Source of the DNA: Planctomycetota bacterium
GTDB taxonomy: Bacteria; Planctomycetota; MHYJ01; WSZJ01
Direction of reading: 5' to 3'
Length of the DNA stretch: 64,000 bases
Assembly: GCA_038060895.1 (NCBI GenBank)
Contig: JBBTCT010000024.1
Span: 128,001 to 192,000, forward strand
This document shows positions 1 through 8,913 of the stretch, in pieces (within the stretch, counting starts at the first letter, position 1; every line of letters begins with the position of its first letter). A program made the position numbers and the translations under genes. Under the pieces are notes generated by a model. It did not search any database. It worked only from the letters and a program-made list of their open reading frames with translations, and was not told where the DNA came from.

Positions 1-1644
1 ATGCCCGGCACCGGCCCGCGCTCGCTCTGCCAGGCGCTTCGCCACTATTCCGACGCCGGCGCCCGCGTCCTCGCCGTCGATCTGGGCCTGCGCGAAACGC
101 TGCCGCGCGCGGCCGCTCTCGCCCGCCTGCACCGCAAGCTGATCGAAGCGGCGCCCCGCCTCGCCGAGAATCTCGCGCCGCTCGGAACGCAGCTCCTCGA
201 ATTCGTCGCGCGCCGCGGCGGCATCATCGCCGCGAAGTCGCTCTCGGACCGCGTCGCCGCCATGCGCCCCGACTGGGCCCTCAGGCTTCCCCTCACCGCC
301 GACGACCTCCTCGGCGCTCGCTTCAATCCCAACTCCCCCGTCCAGCTCCTCTCCCGCCGCGCCCTCCTCGCCCCGTGCGGCGAGCCCGGCTGGAGCGCGT
401 TTCCGCAGGTGGTGATCCCTGAGGAGTTGCGTGAAGCGGCGTGCGCGAAGGTGTCACAGAAGGCGAACGCGGCGCTGGCGTCGGAGCGGAAGAAGCTGGG
501 AGTGAAGCTCGCGGCCGCGCATCCCGACGCGCGCCCCGGGCAGTTCGCGGCAGATCTGAGGAGGCTGGCGCTGGTCGCGCACATCGAAAAGCTCGACGCG
601 CGGAAGAGTGGCAAGGTCGGCAAGGCGGCGCGCGCGCGGCTTGAGGGCCTGCTTCATCTCTCGCCGTCGGAAGTGGACGAAATCCTCGGCTTCGCGGCGC
701 GCCGTGCGGCCGCGGGGGCCGAGCTGGAAGTGGAATCCGACCCGCTGGGCGGGCAGGCGCTGGAGCCGTTCCTCTCGTTCTCTCCCGCGGAACAGACGCG
801 GGCGCTTGCCGAGGACTTCCTCGGCCCCGCCGGCTGGCTTCGCGATTTCCGCAAGCACCTCGTCGCGCTTTTCACCGAGACGGGCGACCTCTGGGTTTCG
901 ACGGAGGCGCTCGCAAAGCACCTCGGGGCGGATCCCGTGGCGATCGGCGCGTGGGAATCCGCGCACGCCGGCGAGCCCGGACCCTCCGAGGAAATCTGGA
1001 TCAAGGCCCGCGTCACGGCGGACCTGCGCACGCTGCACCGCCTCGGGTTCGCGGAGCGCGCGACCGGCGCGTCGCTCGACTCGTGGCGCCTCGCAAAATC
1101 GTCATCATGGGCGCTTCACGCAAAAAAAACACCGGCCGCCGCCCTCCGCGCCGCACGCACCGCCCCCGACTCCGAAACCGGCTTCGCCGTTCTCCCCACC
1201 CTCGAAGTCCTCGCTTCCCCCGCCGGCGGCACCGCCCTTCTCACCGCCCTGGCGCGCGTCGCCCGCCTCGAGCGCGCCGACGCCGCGTTCGTGTTCCGCC
1301 TCGACAAGCGCAGCATCGCCGCGGGTCTCAACGCCGGCATGACGATCGACGACGTCCGCGAATTCCTGGAAAAACACTCGCGCAACCCGCTCCCCGACAC
1401 CGTCCGCTTCCTCCTCACCGAACTCGGCGGCGACGACATCCAGGTCGTCTGGGAAGAGAAAGACAACCTCCTGCGCTGTGCCGACCCGATGGTGCTGCTG
1501 AAGCTGCGTCGCATCAAATGGCTGAAGCCGTGGCTGCTGGAAGCGTCGCCCGAAGGCACGCTGAAATTCGTGCCGGAAGCGGCGTGCGGCGAGCTGGTGA
1601 CGCGGCTGGCGAAGGAAGGGTACGTTGTAGGAAAGAGAGGATAG
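1..1644 (+). CDS. Helicase-associated domain protein (XPB/Ssl2-type Helicase_C_3 C-terminal domain); may extend upstream of the window
   Basis: C-terminal FAVLPTLEVLA...ARLERADAAFVFRLDKRSIAAGLNAGMTIDDVREFLEKHSRNPLPDTVRFLL resembles Helicase_C_3; no helicase Walker motifs in view. Confidence 0.75.
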   Translation: MPGTGPRSLCQALRHYSDAGARVLAVDLGLRETLPRAAALARLHRKLIEAAPRLAENLAPLGTQLLEFVARRGGIIAAKSLSDRVAAMRPDWALRLPLTADDLLGARFNPNSPVQLLSRRALLAPCGEPGWSAFPQVVIPEELREAACAKVSQKANAALASERKKLGVKLAAAHPDARPGQFAADLRRLALVAHIEKLDARKSGKVGKAARARLEGLLHLSPSEVDEILGFAARRAAAGAELEVESDPLGGQALEPFLSFSPAEQTRALAEDFLGPAGWLRDFRKHLVALFTETGDLWVSTEALAKHLGADPVAIGAWESAHAGEPGPSEEIWIKARVTADLRTLHRLGFAERATGASLDSWRLAKSSSWALHAKKTPAAALRAARTAPDSETGFAVLPTLEVLASPAGGTALLTALARVARLERADAAFVFRLDKRSIAAGLNAGMTIDDVREFLEKHSRNPLPDTVRFLLTELGGDDIQVVWEEKDNLLRCADPMVLLKLRRIKWLKPWLLEASPEGTLKFVPEAACGELVTRLAKEGYVVGKRG

Positions 1645-1675
1645 GCATTCTCGAGACTCCATGATGGGAGCCGCC

Positions 1676-2506
1676 ATGAAGAAGATCCTGGTCGCCGTTT
1701 CCCTTGTCGTCTGCCTCACCCTTTCCGTCAGGTCCGAAGATCCGCCGCAGGGGACAGAGCCCGTCCAGAAAGTGCGCGCCTGCGGCCTGCAGATCGTGGG
1801 CAAGGGCTACGGCGCCGCCGACGACAACGACTCGCTTCGACCTCTCAATGCCTTCGGCTCCGGCACGAGCGTCGCGCTTCTCGTGACGCCGGGCGCCGGC
1901 ACGCTGATCCAGATCCTCACCGAAGAGTGCAAGGTGATGAAGTTCGTCGACGACAAGGGCACGGATCTTCTCAAGGGCGACATGAGGTTTGGCGAGCCGG
2001 GATTCAGCTTCGGCGCGCAGATCAGCAAGGACGGCAAGGCCGCCATGATGGAAGTCCGCGGCCCGGGGCTGCCTTCCCCTGAAGCCACTTCCTTCACCCT
2101 CGAAGGCACGACCGCCTTCATGGTGAGCGCCACGGGGAAGACCGAGACCGTGAAGGCAGAGAACGCCGAGATGAAGAAGGACGCGAAGTTCACCGCGGGG
2201 ACGATGACGTTCACGGTCCGTGAGGCGGGCAAACCGCAGTGGGGCGAGGATCCGCTCGCGATCGACATCTCCTGCAAGACGTCGCTGGAAGCGTTGAAGT
2301 CCGTGAAGTTCCTCGACGCCAACGGGAAAGAAATCGAGTCGAACCGTAACTCGACCAGCCGGGAGTCGTTCGGCGGAGACACGACCTGGGCCATGTCGTT
2401 CACGCTCAAGCAGAACGTCGAGAAGGCAACGGTGGTGATCGAATCGTGGGCCGACGCGAAGAAGCTGTTTGTGCCGGTGATCCTGAAGGTGAAGCTCGGG
2501 TTCTGA
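1676..2506 (+). CDS. Secreted hypothetical protein
   Basis: GGGAG RBS before ATG 1676; signal peptide MKKILVAVSLVVCLTLSVRS; strong GC3 codon bias. Confidence 0.75.
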   Translation: MKKILVAVSLVVCLTLSVRSEDPPQGTEPVQKVRACGLQIVGKGYGAADDNDSLRPLNAFGSGTSVALLVTPGAGTLIQILTEECKVMKFVDDKGTDLLKGDMRFGEPGFSFGAQISKDGKAAMMEVRGPGLPSPEATSFTLEGTTAFMVSATGKTETVKAENAEMKKDAKFTAGTMTFTVREAGKPQWGEDPLAIDISCKTSLEALKSVKFLDANGKEIESNRNSTSRESFGGDTTWAMSFTLKQNVEKATVVIESWADAKKLFVPVILKVKLGF

Positions 2507-2650
2507 ACGCGCGGGCAAGAGTCGTCCTGCGTCGGCGTCGCACGGCTCATCCGGCGCGCACGACTGGTGCCGGTGATGGTGAGGTTGCGACTTGCGCGCC
2601 GGACGAGCCGCACGACGCCTCCTTCGGACGACTCTTGCCCGCGCGTTCAG
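2503..2650. repeat. ~148-bp long inverted repeat (MITE/REP-like hairpin) between convergent genes
   Basis: CTGAACGCGCGGGCAAGAGTCGTCC pairs perfectly with GGACGACTCTTGCCCGCGCGTTCAG; inner arms GGCGTCGCACGGCTCATCCGGCGCGCA / TGCGCGCCGGACGAGCCGCACGACGCC pair with 3 mismatches. Confidence 0.9.
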
Positions 2651-2689
2651 GGACGCCGGCGAAGGCTCGCCTCCCTGAGGCCGCAAGCT

Positions 2690-3541
2690 CTACTTCCCGT
2701 CTACCTCGCGCCGAAGGTCCGCGACGGCCCGCTCGATCGCGAAATTCTCGGCCAACGGATTCTTGTTCCGGTTGGCGGCGCCTAGGGCGGCTTCGAACGC
2801 GGCGAGGGCTTCGACTTTTTTCCCCGTGGATCGCAGGACCTGGCCCTTGAGGAAGAGGACGGCAACGTCCTCGGGCTCCTTCGCGAGGTAGGCGTCGGCG
2901 GCAGCGAGCGCCCTGGCGGTGTCCTTTTTCCAGCCGGCGGCGTTCATGACCGCGAGGCACCTGCGCTGCGCGGCGACCGGGGTGGACGCCGCGGCGGGGG
3001 CGACCACGGTCAGGGTGACCGGGCTGGAGGCCAGTCCGTCGGGGACGGCGTTCCCGAGCTTCTTCGCGTCCACCACGACGCGCAGGGTCCAGGTGCCTGC
3101 CGGGAGGACGGAAGCGCCGGCCCCGTCGAGGATCCAGGCGAGCGTCCCGCTCCGTGCGCGCGTCAGCTCGATGCTCCCCTTCGTCGTGCTGGCCGCCGAG
3201 AACAGCGACGCCTTGTCTGCGTCTCCCGGGCCCCGGCACTCGAGTGTGAAAGCCTCCGACCACGGGCCGGAAGGATTCGTGAGGGTGAGGGAGTCGCCGG
3301 CGGAGCGCTTGAGGAAGATGTCCACCTGCACGACGACCGGTCCGTCCGCCGGGGCGGTGCACTCCACGCTGCCGTTCGCGGACGCCAGGATGTCCAGCGG
3401 AGACGCCGCCGGGACCTTCGGGACTCCGGGAACCGCCGGCGGCGGAGCCGGGGGATTTCCCGGATTCTTCGTGGATTCGCCCTTGCCGCATCCCGCAGCG
3501 AGCAGAGCCAAGGAAAGGACGATCGCGAACCGGGGGCGCAT
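2690..3541 (-). CDS. Lipoprotein with C-terminal TPR
   Basis: Start MRPRFAIVLSLALLAAGC (lipobox LAAGC) overlaps the upstream stop (TGATG); C-terminal ALAAADAYLAKEPEDVAVLFLKGQVLRSTGKKVEALAAFEAAL is TPR-like. Confidence 0.75.
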   Translation of the reverse strand: MRPRFAIVLSLALLAAGCGKGESTKNPGNPPAPPPAVPGVPKVPAASPLDILASANGSVECTAPADGPVVVQVDIFLKRSAGDSLTLTNPSGPWSEAFTLECRGPGDADKASLFSAASTTKGSIELTRARSGTLAWILDGAGASVLPAGTWTLRVVVDAKKLGNAVPDGLASSPVTLTVVAPAAASTPVAAQRRCLAVMNAAGWKKDTARALAAADAYLAKEPEDVAVLFLKGQVLRSTGKKVEALAAFEAALGAANRNKNPLAENFAIERAVADLRREVDGK

Positions 3542-5988
3542 CAGTTCCTCTTCTCCCACTTGTCGTTGACGACGAACTTGTGGAAGCAATTCCCCCGGCT
3601 CTCGCCGGCGTTGCCGTAGCGCGACTGCGGCCGGTGCGTCGAGGCGTTGCAGCCGGTCCCTTCCGGCGACGTGCATAGCCGCTCCCCCCAGACCTCCTGT
3701 TCCATGTGGAGGTAATACTCGCCCGCACGGGCCAGCGACGGGTAGCCGCCCGCGTTGTCGTAGCGCATGAAGCACGCGACGTCGCCGCTCATCTGCCCCC
3801 CCATTTCGCCGAGCAACACCGGGATGTCCATGGACCGGAGGCTCCTGTCCTTCGTGAGGTAGTTCAGGAGGGTCATGGTGTCGCCGGACTTCTCGTTGCG
3901 GACCACGACGCGCTTCCCGTTATGAGTCGTGACGAGCTCCCCGGTTTCCAGTTTCTCGAACTTGAAGGTGACCGAGCGTTCCCGTTCGCCGTGGTGGCGG
4001 ATGCCGAGCCCGTGACCCAGCTCGTGCGCGACGGTCGAGTCCGCGTAGGCGACCAGGAATCTCTCCCCGTTGCTGTACTGCCACTCCGGTTCCTGCCCGT
4101 CGAGCATCGACGGCAGGATCGACACGTTGAGAGTGTTCTTCGGGGGCCCGGGGAAACTGGCTCCCCTGTCCGTATTGCAGATGCTCGCGATCTGCTCCAC
4201 TTTTCCGTCCTTCCCCACAGCCGTGAGGCCGCCCTCCTGCACGCTGATGCCGTGCTGGTCCACCGAGTGCGGCCGCGCGGCATGGTGGAAATTCATCACA
4301 CGGTCGGCCCGGAACTCCGCGGGGCGAAGCTCGTCGTGCACGATGAGCTTCGTCGCTTCGCGGAAGAGACTGATCCCGTTGCGGGCCTTGCCACCGATGC
4401 GGTTGCAGATGAAGAGATCCTTCTGCAGCGGGACGCAGTCCGTGTCCAGCACCCCGCCGACCCAGAAGCCCCGGTATTCCTCCCAGACGGTGAAGCCGTC
4501 GCCATGCTGGCCGTCGCCCTCCGGGTAATTGTCGTCGTCGATGTCGTCCCTCTTGCCCGCGGCCTTGGCTTCGCGCCACCACCTCGGGATGAACGACAAC
4601 CCGCGCTCGAAGTCGGGGATCGGGAGCTCGCCCGCCCCCGTGCCCTCAACCCTGCCGTGCACCACCCGGCCGTCTTCCAGCGTCGCCTCCGCGACCAGCA
4701 CCGCCGTCGCCCCCGAGTCGAAACAGTCGACCGTCACCGTTCCCTTCCCGGCGGCCGCCGGCGCGTCCGTCAGGACGGCTTTCTGGCGTTTCTCGCGAAC
4801 CTCGTACCCCGGCACAAGAGTCTCCGCGCCCGCGAAGCGCAGGTCGAAATCCGGGGTTTCTGTCGTCAGGTGTTGCGGCCAGTTCATGCAGACGCCGGGC
4901 TCCGCGCTGGTCTCCGTCAGTTCGAAGACAACGCGCGTCACCTTCGCAGGGCGCGCCGGGTCGCCGCCTTCCTCCTCAACCCGCCACTCGACCGCTATGT
5001 CGTTGCCCTTCACGAACTCCGAGCTCGAGCAAAGCGGCCGCCACTGCGCGTACCCGACCGGTTTCAGGATCAACTTCGCGACCGTGGGCGGCGTCGGCGA
5101 AATGATGATGTCGAGGCTCAGCTCCAGCGGCGTGCCGTTGCCGGTGGAGTGCCCGCCGAAATTCAGGGCGGTGGAGTTGTCCTTGCTGGAGCTGTCGGGG
5201 AAGGGCGGCAGGAATTTGACCTGCTCCAGGACGTTGATGCCGATCCGGTCGTTGGTCAGCTGGAGCTTGCGCGAGCAGAGCTGCTCTTCCAGGGATTTCG
5301 TGATCCGCGGAAGCAGCCCGATCATCTTGTGCCGGCTGATTGGGTACACCGTGTCCCGGCGCACCTGCGTCCCCGCCGTGAAGGTGTGGTACTCGGCGAC
5401 CAGGCCCAGGCTTTTGGGCTCTCCCTGCTTCCGGTCGTTGGCGTCGGCCTCGAGCTCGACGTCAAAGATCATGTCCTTCATGTCGCAACTCAGCCCGTCG
5501 ATGTTGTGGATGTCCGCCGTGCCCGTGCCGGAGAACTTCGTGAAACCCCACACTTCCGTCGCCGCGTGAATCTCGCCGTGCGTGACGGACTTGTGCGCCA
5601 CCTCGTCGTTGATCGTCCAGACGACGCTGGTCCCGTGCTCGGACGGCTCCCAGCTGGTGAAGCGGGCATCGGACTTTTCGCCCGCGCCGAGGACCGAGGC
5701 CTTGGGACGGCTGTTCGAGCCTGAGCGGACCTCGTCGTAGACCAGCGTCCCGGTGACCTCGCGGGAAATGTTCCAATTCACCGTCTCGCTGTCGTCGCGG
5801 TCAACCTGCCTCTTCTCCCCTCTTCCGTGCAGCCGAAGCGTGAACGTCACGTACCACTTCTTGCGCGAGCGGAACTGGTCCTTGTCGAACGGCTGCGGCG
5901 GGTCGCCGCCGGAAAAGGACGCGGCAATGGCCAGCAGGGCTCCCGCCACGAGCGCCAGCCTGGGGGATTTTCCGCGGGGAAGGCTCAT
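3541..5988 (-). CDS. Secreted metzincin-type zinc metalloprotease domain protein
   Basis: Signal peptide; HELGHGLGIRH matches HExxHxxGxxH; downstream CFMRY is a Met-turn-like motif; Asp-rich DGDG-like segment (DDNYPEGDGQHGDGFTVWEEYRGF). Confidence 0.7.
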   Translation of the reverse strand: MSLPRGKSPRLALVAGALLAIAASFSGGDPPQPFDKDQFRSRKKWYVTFTLRLHGRGEKRQVDRDDSETVNWNISREVTGTLVYDEVRSGSNSRPKASVLGAGEKSDARFTSWEPSEHGTSVVWTINDEVAHKSVTHGEIHAATEVWGFTKFSGTGTADIHNIDGLSCDMKDMIFDVELEADANDRKQGEPKSLGLVAEYHTFTAGTQVRRDTVYPISRHKMIGLLPRITKSLEEQLCSRKLQLTNDRIGINVLEQVKFLPPFPDSSSKDNSTALNFGGHSTGNGTPLELSLDIIISPTPPTVAKLILKPVGYAQWRPLCSSSEFVKGNDIAVEWRVEEEGGDPARPAKVTRVVFELTETSAEPGVCMNWPQHLTTETPDFDLRFAGAETLVPGYEVREKRQKAVLTDAPAAAGKGTVTVDCFDSGATAVLVAEATLEDGRVVHGRVEGTGAGELPIPDFERGLSFIPRWWREAKAAGKRDDIDDDNYPEGDGQHGDGFTVWEEYRGFWVGGVLDTDCVPLQKDLFICNRIGGKARNGISLFREATKLIVHDELRPAEFRADRVMNFHHAARPHSVDQHGISVQEGGLTAVGKDGKVEQIASICNTDRGASFPGPPKNTLNVSILPSMLDGQEPEWQYSNGERFLVAYADSTVAHELGHGLGIRHHGERERSVTFKFEKLETGELVTTHNGKRVVVRNEKSGDTMTLLNYLTKDRSLRSMDIPVLLGEMGGQMSGDVACFMRYDNAGGYPSLARAGEYYLHMEQEVWGERLCTSPEGTGCNASTHRPQSRYGNAGESRGNCFHKFVVNDKWEKRN

Positions 5989-7022
5989 GGGCAGAGTCTA
6001 GCCCATCCGCAATCGGCCGACGCGAGCTTCCGGGCCGCCGCCGTCATCGGCACGTCGTGCAGGCGGCCGGGCTCGACCCATTTCAGCTCCGGGTACCAGC
6101 CCGCGGCCGGCGCCCCCGGCGCGGACGCACGGAAGAGAGACGCCGTGATCCGGTGATGCGTGATGGTGTGGCGCGCGGTCGCCACGGCAGCGCCGATGCG
6201 CACCCTGACACCGAGTCGGACGCGCAGGACCGAGGCGAGCTCCCGCTTCGGGACGCGGTCGCCCGGAAATTCCCAGAGGCTGCCCAGCAATCCCGGCGGG
6301 CGGCGGCCGAGAAGCGCCCGGCCGTCGCGGAGCACGAGGGCGTAGGACGCCTCCTGCGCCACGGTCGCCGGGCGCGCCTTGCGGGCCGGGAGCGCTTCCA
6401 CGGTTCCCTCGGCCCGCGCCCGGCAGAGGTTCGACAGCGGGCAGACGAGGCACGAGGGGTCGCGCGGCAGGCAGACCGTCGCTCCGAGCTCCATCAGGCC
6501 TTCGTTCCACGCGCCCGGGTCTTTCGCGGGCACCAGCTCCGCAGCCCGCGTTTCCAGCGCGCGCGGCGCGTAGTCCCTGCCGTCGAGCCGCGACAGCACG
6601 CGCCGGATGTTGCCGTCCACGCAGGCCGCGCGGACGCCATGGGCGATCGAGAGGATCGCTCCCGCGGTGTAGGAACCGATGCCGGGAAGCGCCCGCAGTT
6701 CCTCGACCGTCCGCGGCACTTTCCCGCCGTGCCGTTCGACGATGAGCCGCGCCGCCCGATGCAGGTTCCGCGCCCGCGAGTAGTAGCCCAGACCGGCCCA
6801 TTCCTCGACGACGTCCTGTTCAGAAGCGGCGGCCAGCGCGCGGACGTCCGGGAACCGCTCCACGAACGCCCCGAACCGCGGCACGACCGTCTTCACCGTC
6901 GTCTGCTGGAGCATCAGTTCGCTGACCCAGGTGCGGAAGGGCGTCCGCGTGCGCCGCCAGGGGAGATCGCGGGCGACCGTCGCAAACCACTTCGCGAGAG
7001 CCGTGGCGGGAGTCCGGCTCAC
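5985..7022 (-). CDS. mutY: A/G-specific adenine glycosylase MutY
   Basis: RDLPWR, WVSELMLQQT, WAGLGYYSRARNL, HhH LPGIGSYTAGAI, VDGN, 4Fe-4S motif C-x6-C-x2-C-x5-C, C-terminal NUDIX-like domain. Confidence 0.96.
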   Translation of the reverse strand: MSRTPATALAKWFATVARDLPWRRTRTPFRTWVSELMLQQTTVKTVVPRFGAFVERFPDVRALAAASEQDVVEEWAGLGYYSRARNLHRAARLIVERHGGKVPRTVEELRALPGIGSYTAGAILSIAHGVRAACVDGNIRRVLSRLDGRDYAPRALETRAAELVPAKDPGAWNEGLMELGATVCLPRDPSCLVCPLSNLCRARAEGTVEALPARKARPATVAQEASYALVLRDGRALLGRRPPGLLGSLWEFPGDRVPKRELASVLRVRLGVRVRIGAAVATARHTITHHRITASLFRASAPGAPAAGWYPELKWVEPGRLHDVPMTAAARKLASADCGWARLCP

Positions 7023-7618
7023 GACAGGCCGTTCGCGCGCTTCCAGAGCGCGGCGTACGCGCGGTTGCCGAACACGATCCGGATTTCTGCGGGCGCACCA
7101 TCAGCCGGTTCGGTCCCTCTCCGGCCCTCGACCGCCATGCAGCTCCTGACGTGGCCCGGGCGGTTGCCGAGCGCGCGGGCGAGCAGGGACCGGGCGATCC
7201 ACGCCACGACGCCGCCGGGGATCAGCAGGACGACGAGGAACTTCTCGTTGAAATCGTTGTCGAGCGTCACGACCCAGAGAAACATGGACCCGAGCGTGCC
7301 GGCGATGAACGCCAGGATCGTCGCCGCGAGCAGCAGGCCGGTCCGGCGCCGGCAAGGACCGCACCAGCCGAGCGGCACCAGGAGGTAGCGCTGCGACATG
7401 CCCACCGCGGTGTGGGCGAAATGCGTGACCAGCTTCTCGTATCTCTTCACCTGCGTGGGCTCGAGACAGCAGCAGCAGATGTCGGGCGACGCAATCGCCT
7501 CCAGCTTCGCCACGACCTCCTCATGAAATTCGGCCCCGCGCGCCGGCGTGCCGCAGGACTCGCACTTCTCGCCTGTTCGCGGGAGTTCCTTTCCGCAGCC
7601 GATGCAGAGGGGGCTCAA
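7019..7618 (-). CDS. Hypothetical membrane protein with Cys-rich zinc-ribbon motifs
   Basis: Probable TTG start just after the glgC stop; CIGC..CESC, CCCC, CGPC; two hydrophobic helices; overlaps the mutY start. Confidence 0.6.
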   Translation of the reverse strand: MSPLCIGCGKELPRTGEKCESCGTPARGAEFHEEVVAKLEAIASPDICCCCLEPTQVKRYEKLVTHFAHTAVGMSQRYLLVPLGWCGPCRRRTGLLLAATILAFIAGTLGSMFLWVVTLDNDFNEKFLVVLLIPGGVVAWIARSLLARALGNRPGHVRSCMAVEGRRGTEPADGAPAEIRIVFGNRAYAALWKRANGLS

Positions 7619-7629
7619 GGGTCGCGCGG

Positions 7630-8853
7630 CTACTGAAGCGCCCGCGTCTTCCCGCGCGCGACCACGACGATACCGCTCGGATCCACCACGTAGCCTTTCC
7701 GGTCCCACGCCGTCTTCGCGTCGATCACCTCGCCCGGCGCAATCTCGTTCCACCGGTCCACGATCACCCGCTTCAGCTTCGCCCCCGCGCCGATCGTCGT
7801 ATGGTCGCAGATGATGCACTCGTCCAGCTCCGCGCCGTCGCCGATCGTCACGTCGCGCGAGACAACGCTCCGCCGGATCTTCCCTCCGTGCACGATCGCG
7901 CCGCCCCCCACCGTCGAGTCCACGATCTCGCCCTTGATGATCCGCGCCGGCCCCGACGTCATCGGCCGGCTCTGGATCGGCCAGTCGGAATTGTTCAGGT
8001 CGAGCTTCGGCTTCGTCCCCAGCAGGTCCATGTGCGCTTCCCAGTAACTCTCCAGGTCCCCCACGTCGCGCCAGTAAGCGGGCTCTTCGCCGGCCTTCAT
8101 CCCGGGGATCTCGTTCTTCCGGAAGTCGTAGGCGTAAATCCGCTTCTCCCCGTACAGCGCCGGCAGGATCGTCTTGCCGAAGTCGTGCGCGGACTGGGCT
8201 TGCGCATCCGCTTCGAGAACTTCGCGGAGGAGTTTGGCGTCGAAGAGGTAATTTCCCATGGAGCTGAAGGCCATGCCGGGCTCGCCTGGCATGGACTTGG
8301 GCTTGCTGGGCTTCTCGTCGAATCCGACGAATCTGCCGAGCTTGTCGACGGCGATGATGCCGAAGCCGGACGCCCGGTCAACGGGAACGGGGCGGGCGCA
8401 GACGGTGACGTCGGCCTTCTTTTCGAGGTGGAACTCGATCATCTGGCGGATGTCGATGCGGTAGATGTGATCAGCGCCGAAGATGGCGACGAGGTCGGGG
8501 TTGTAATCGGCGATGAGGTTGAGGTTCTGGTACACGGCGTCGGCGGTTCCGCGGTACCAGGAATCGCCCCAGCGCATCTGCGGCGGCACGACGCTGATGA
8601 AATGGTCGCGGATGAGCGGCGCGAGGCGCCACGCCGCGTTGAGATGGTCGATGAGCGACTGCGACTTGTACTGCACGAGCAGGTGGATCCCGTAGATCCC
8701 GCTGTTGATAAAGTTCGACAGCACGAAATCCACGATGCGGAAGCGCCCGCCGAACGGGACCGAGGGCTTGGATCGTTCCTTCGTGAGCGGGTCGAGGCGT
8801 TCGCCTTTGCCGCCGGCGAGGATGATGCCGAGGACGCGGGGGGGCTTGATCAT
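7630..8853 (-). CDS. glgC: Glucose-1-phosphate adenylyltransferase
   Basis: ILAGGKGERLDPLT..RSKPSVPFGG, WYRGTADAVYQN, GADHIY, SMGNY, DFGK, YWRDVG, C-terminal beta-helix. Confidence 0.97.
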   Translation of the reverse strand: MIKPPRVLGIILAGGKGERLDPLTKERSKPSVPFGGRFRIVDFVLSNFINSGIYGIHLLVQYKSQSLIDHLNAAWRLAPLIRDHFISVVPPQMRWGDSWYRGTADAVYQNLNLIADYNPDLVAIFGADHIYRIDIRQMIEFHLEKKADVTVCARPVPVDRASGFGIIAVDKLGRFVGFDEKPSKPKSMPGEPGMAFSSMGNYLFDAKLLREVLEADAQAQSAHDFGKTILPALYGEKRIYAYDFRKNEIPGMKAGEEPAYWRDVGDLESYWEAHMDLLGTKPKLDLNNSDWPIQSRPMTSGPARIIKGEIVDSTVGGGAIVHGGKIRRSVVSRDVTIGDGAELDECIICDHTTIGAGAKLKRVIVDRWNEIAPGEVIDAKTAWDRKGYVVDPSGIVVVARGKTRALQ

Positions 8854-8913
8854 TGAGGGAAGTGTCGCACGCGGGCGCGGAGAGGGGCAACAGTCGAGGA
8901 GCAGGGAGGGGGA

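Noticed and set aside
3706-5724. Long antisense ORFs (also 15246-16637, 47658-49871, 61349-63334 and many others)
   Set aside because: Shadows opposite well-supported genes, expected at high GC; no motifs of their own
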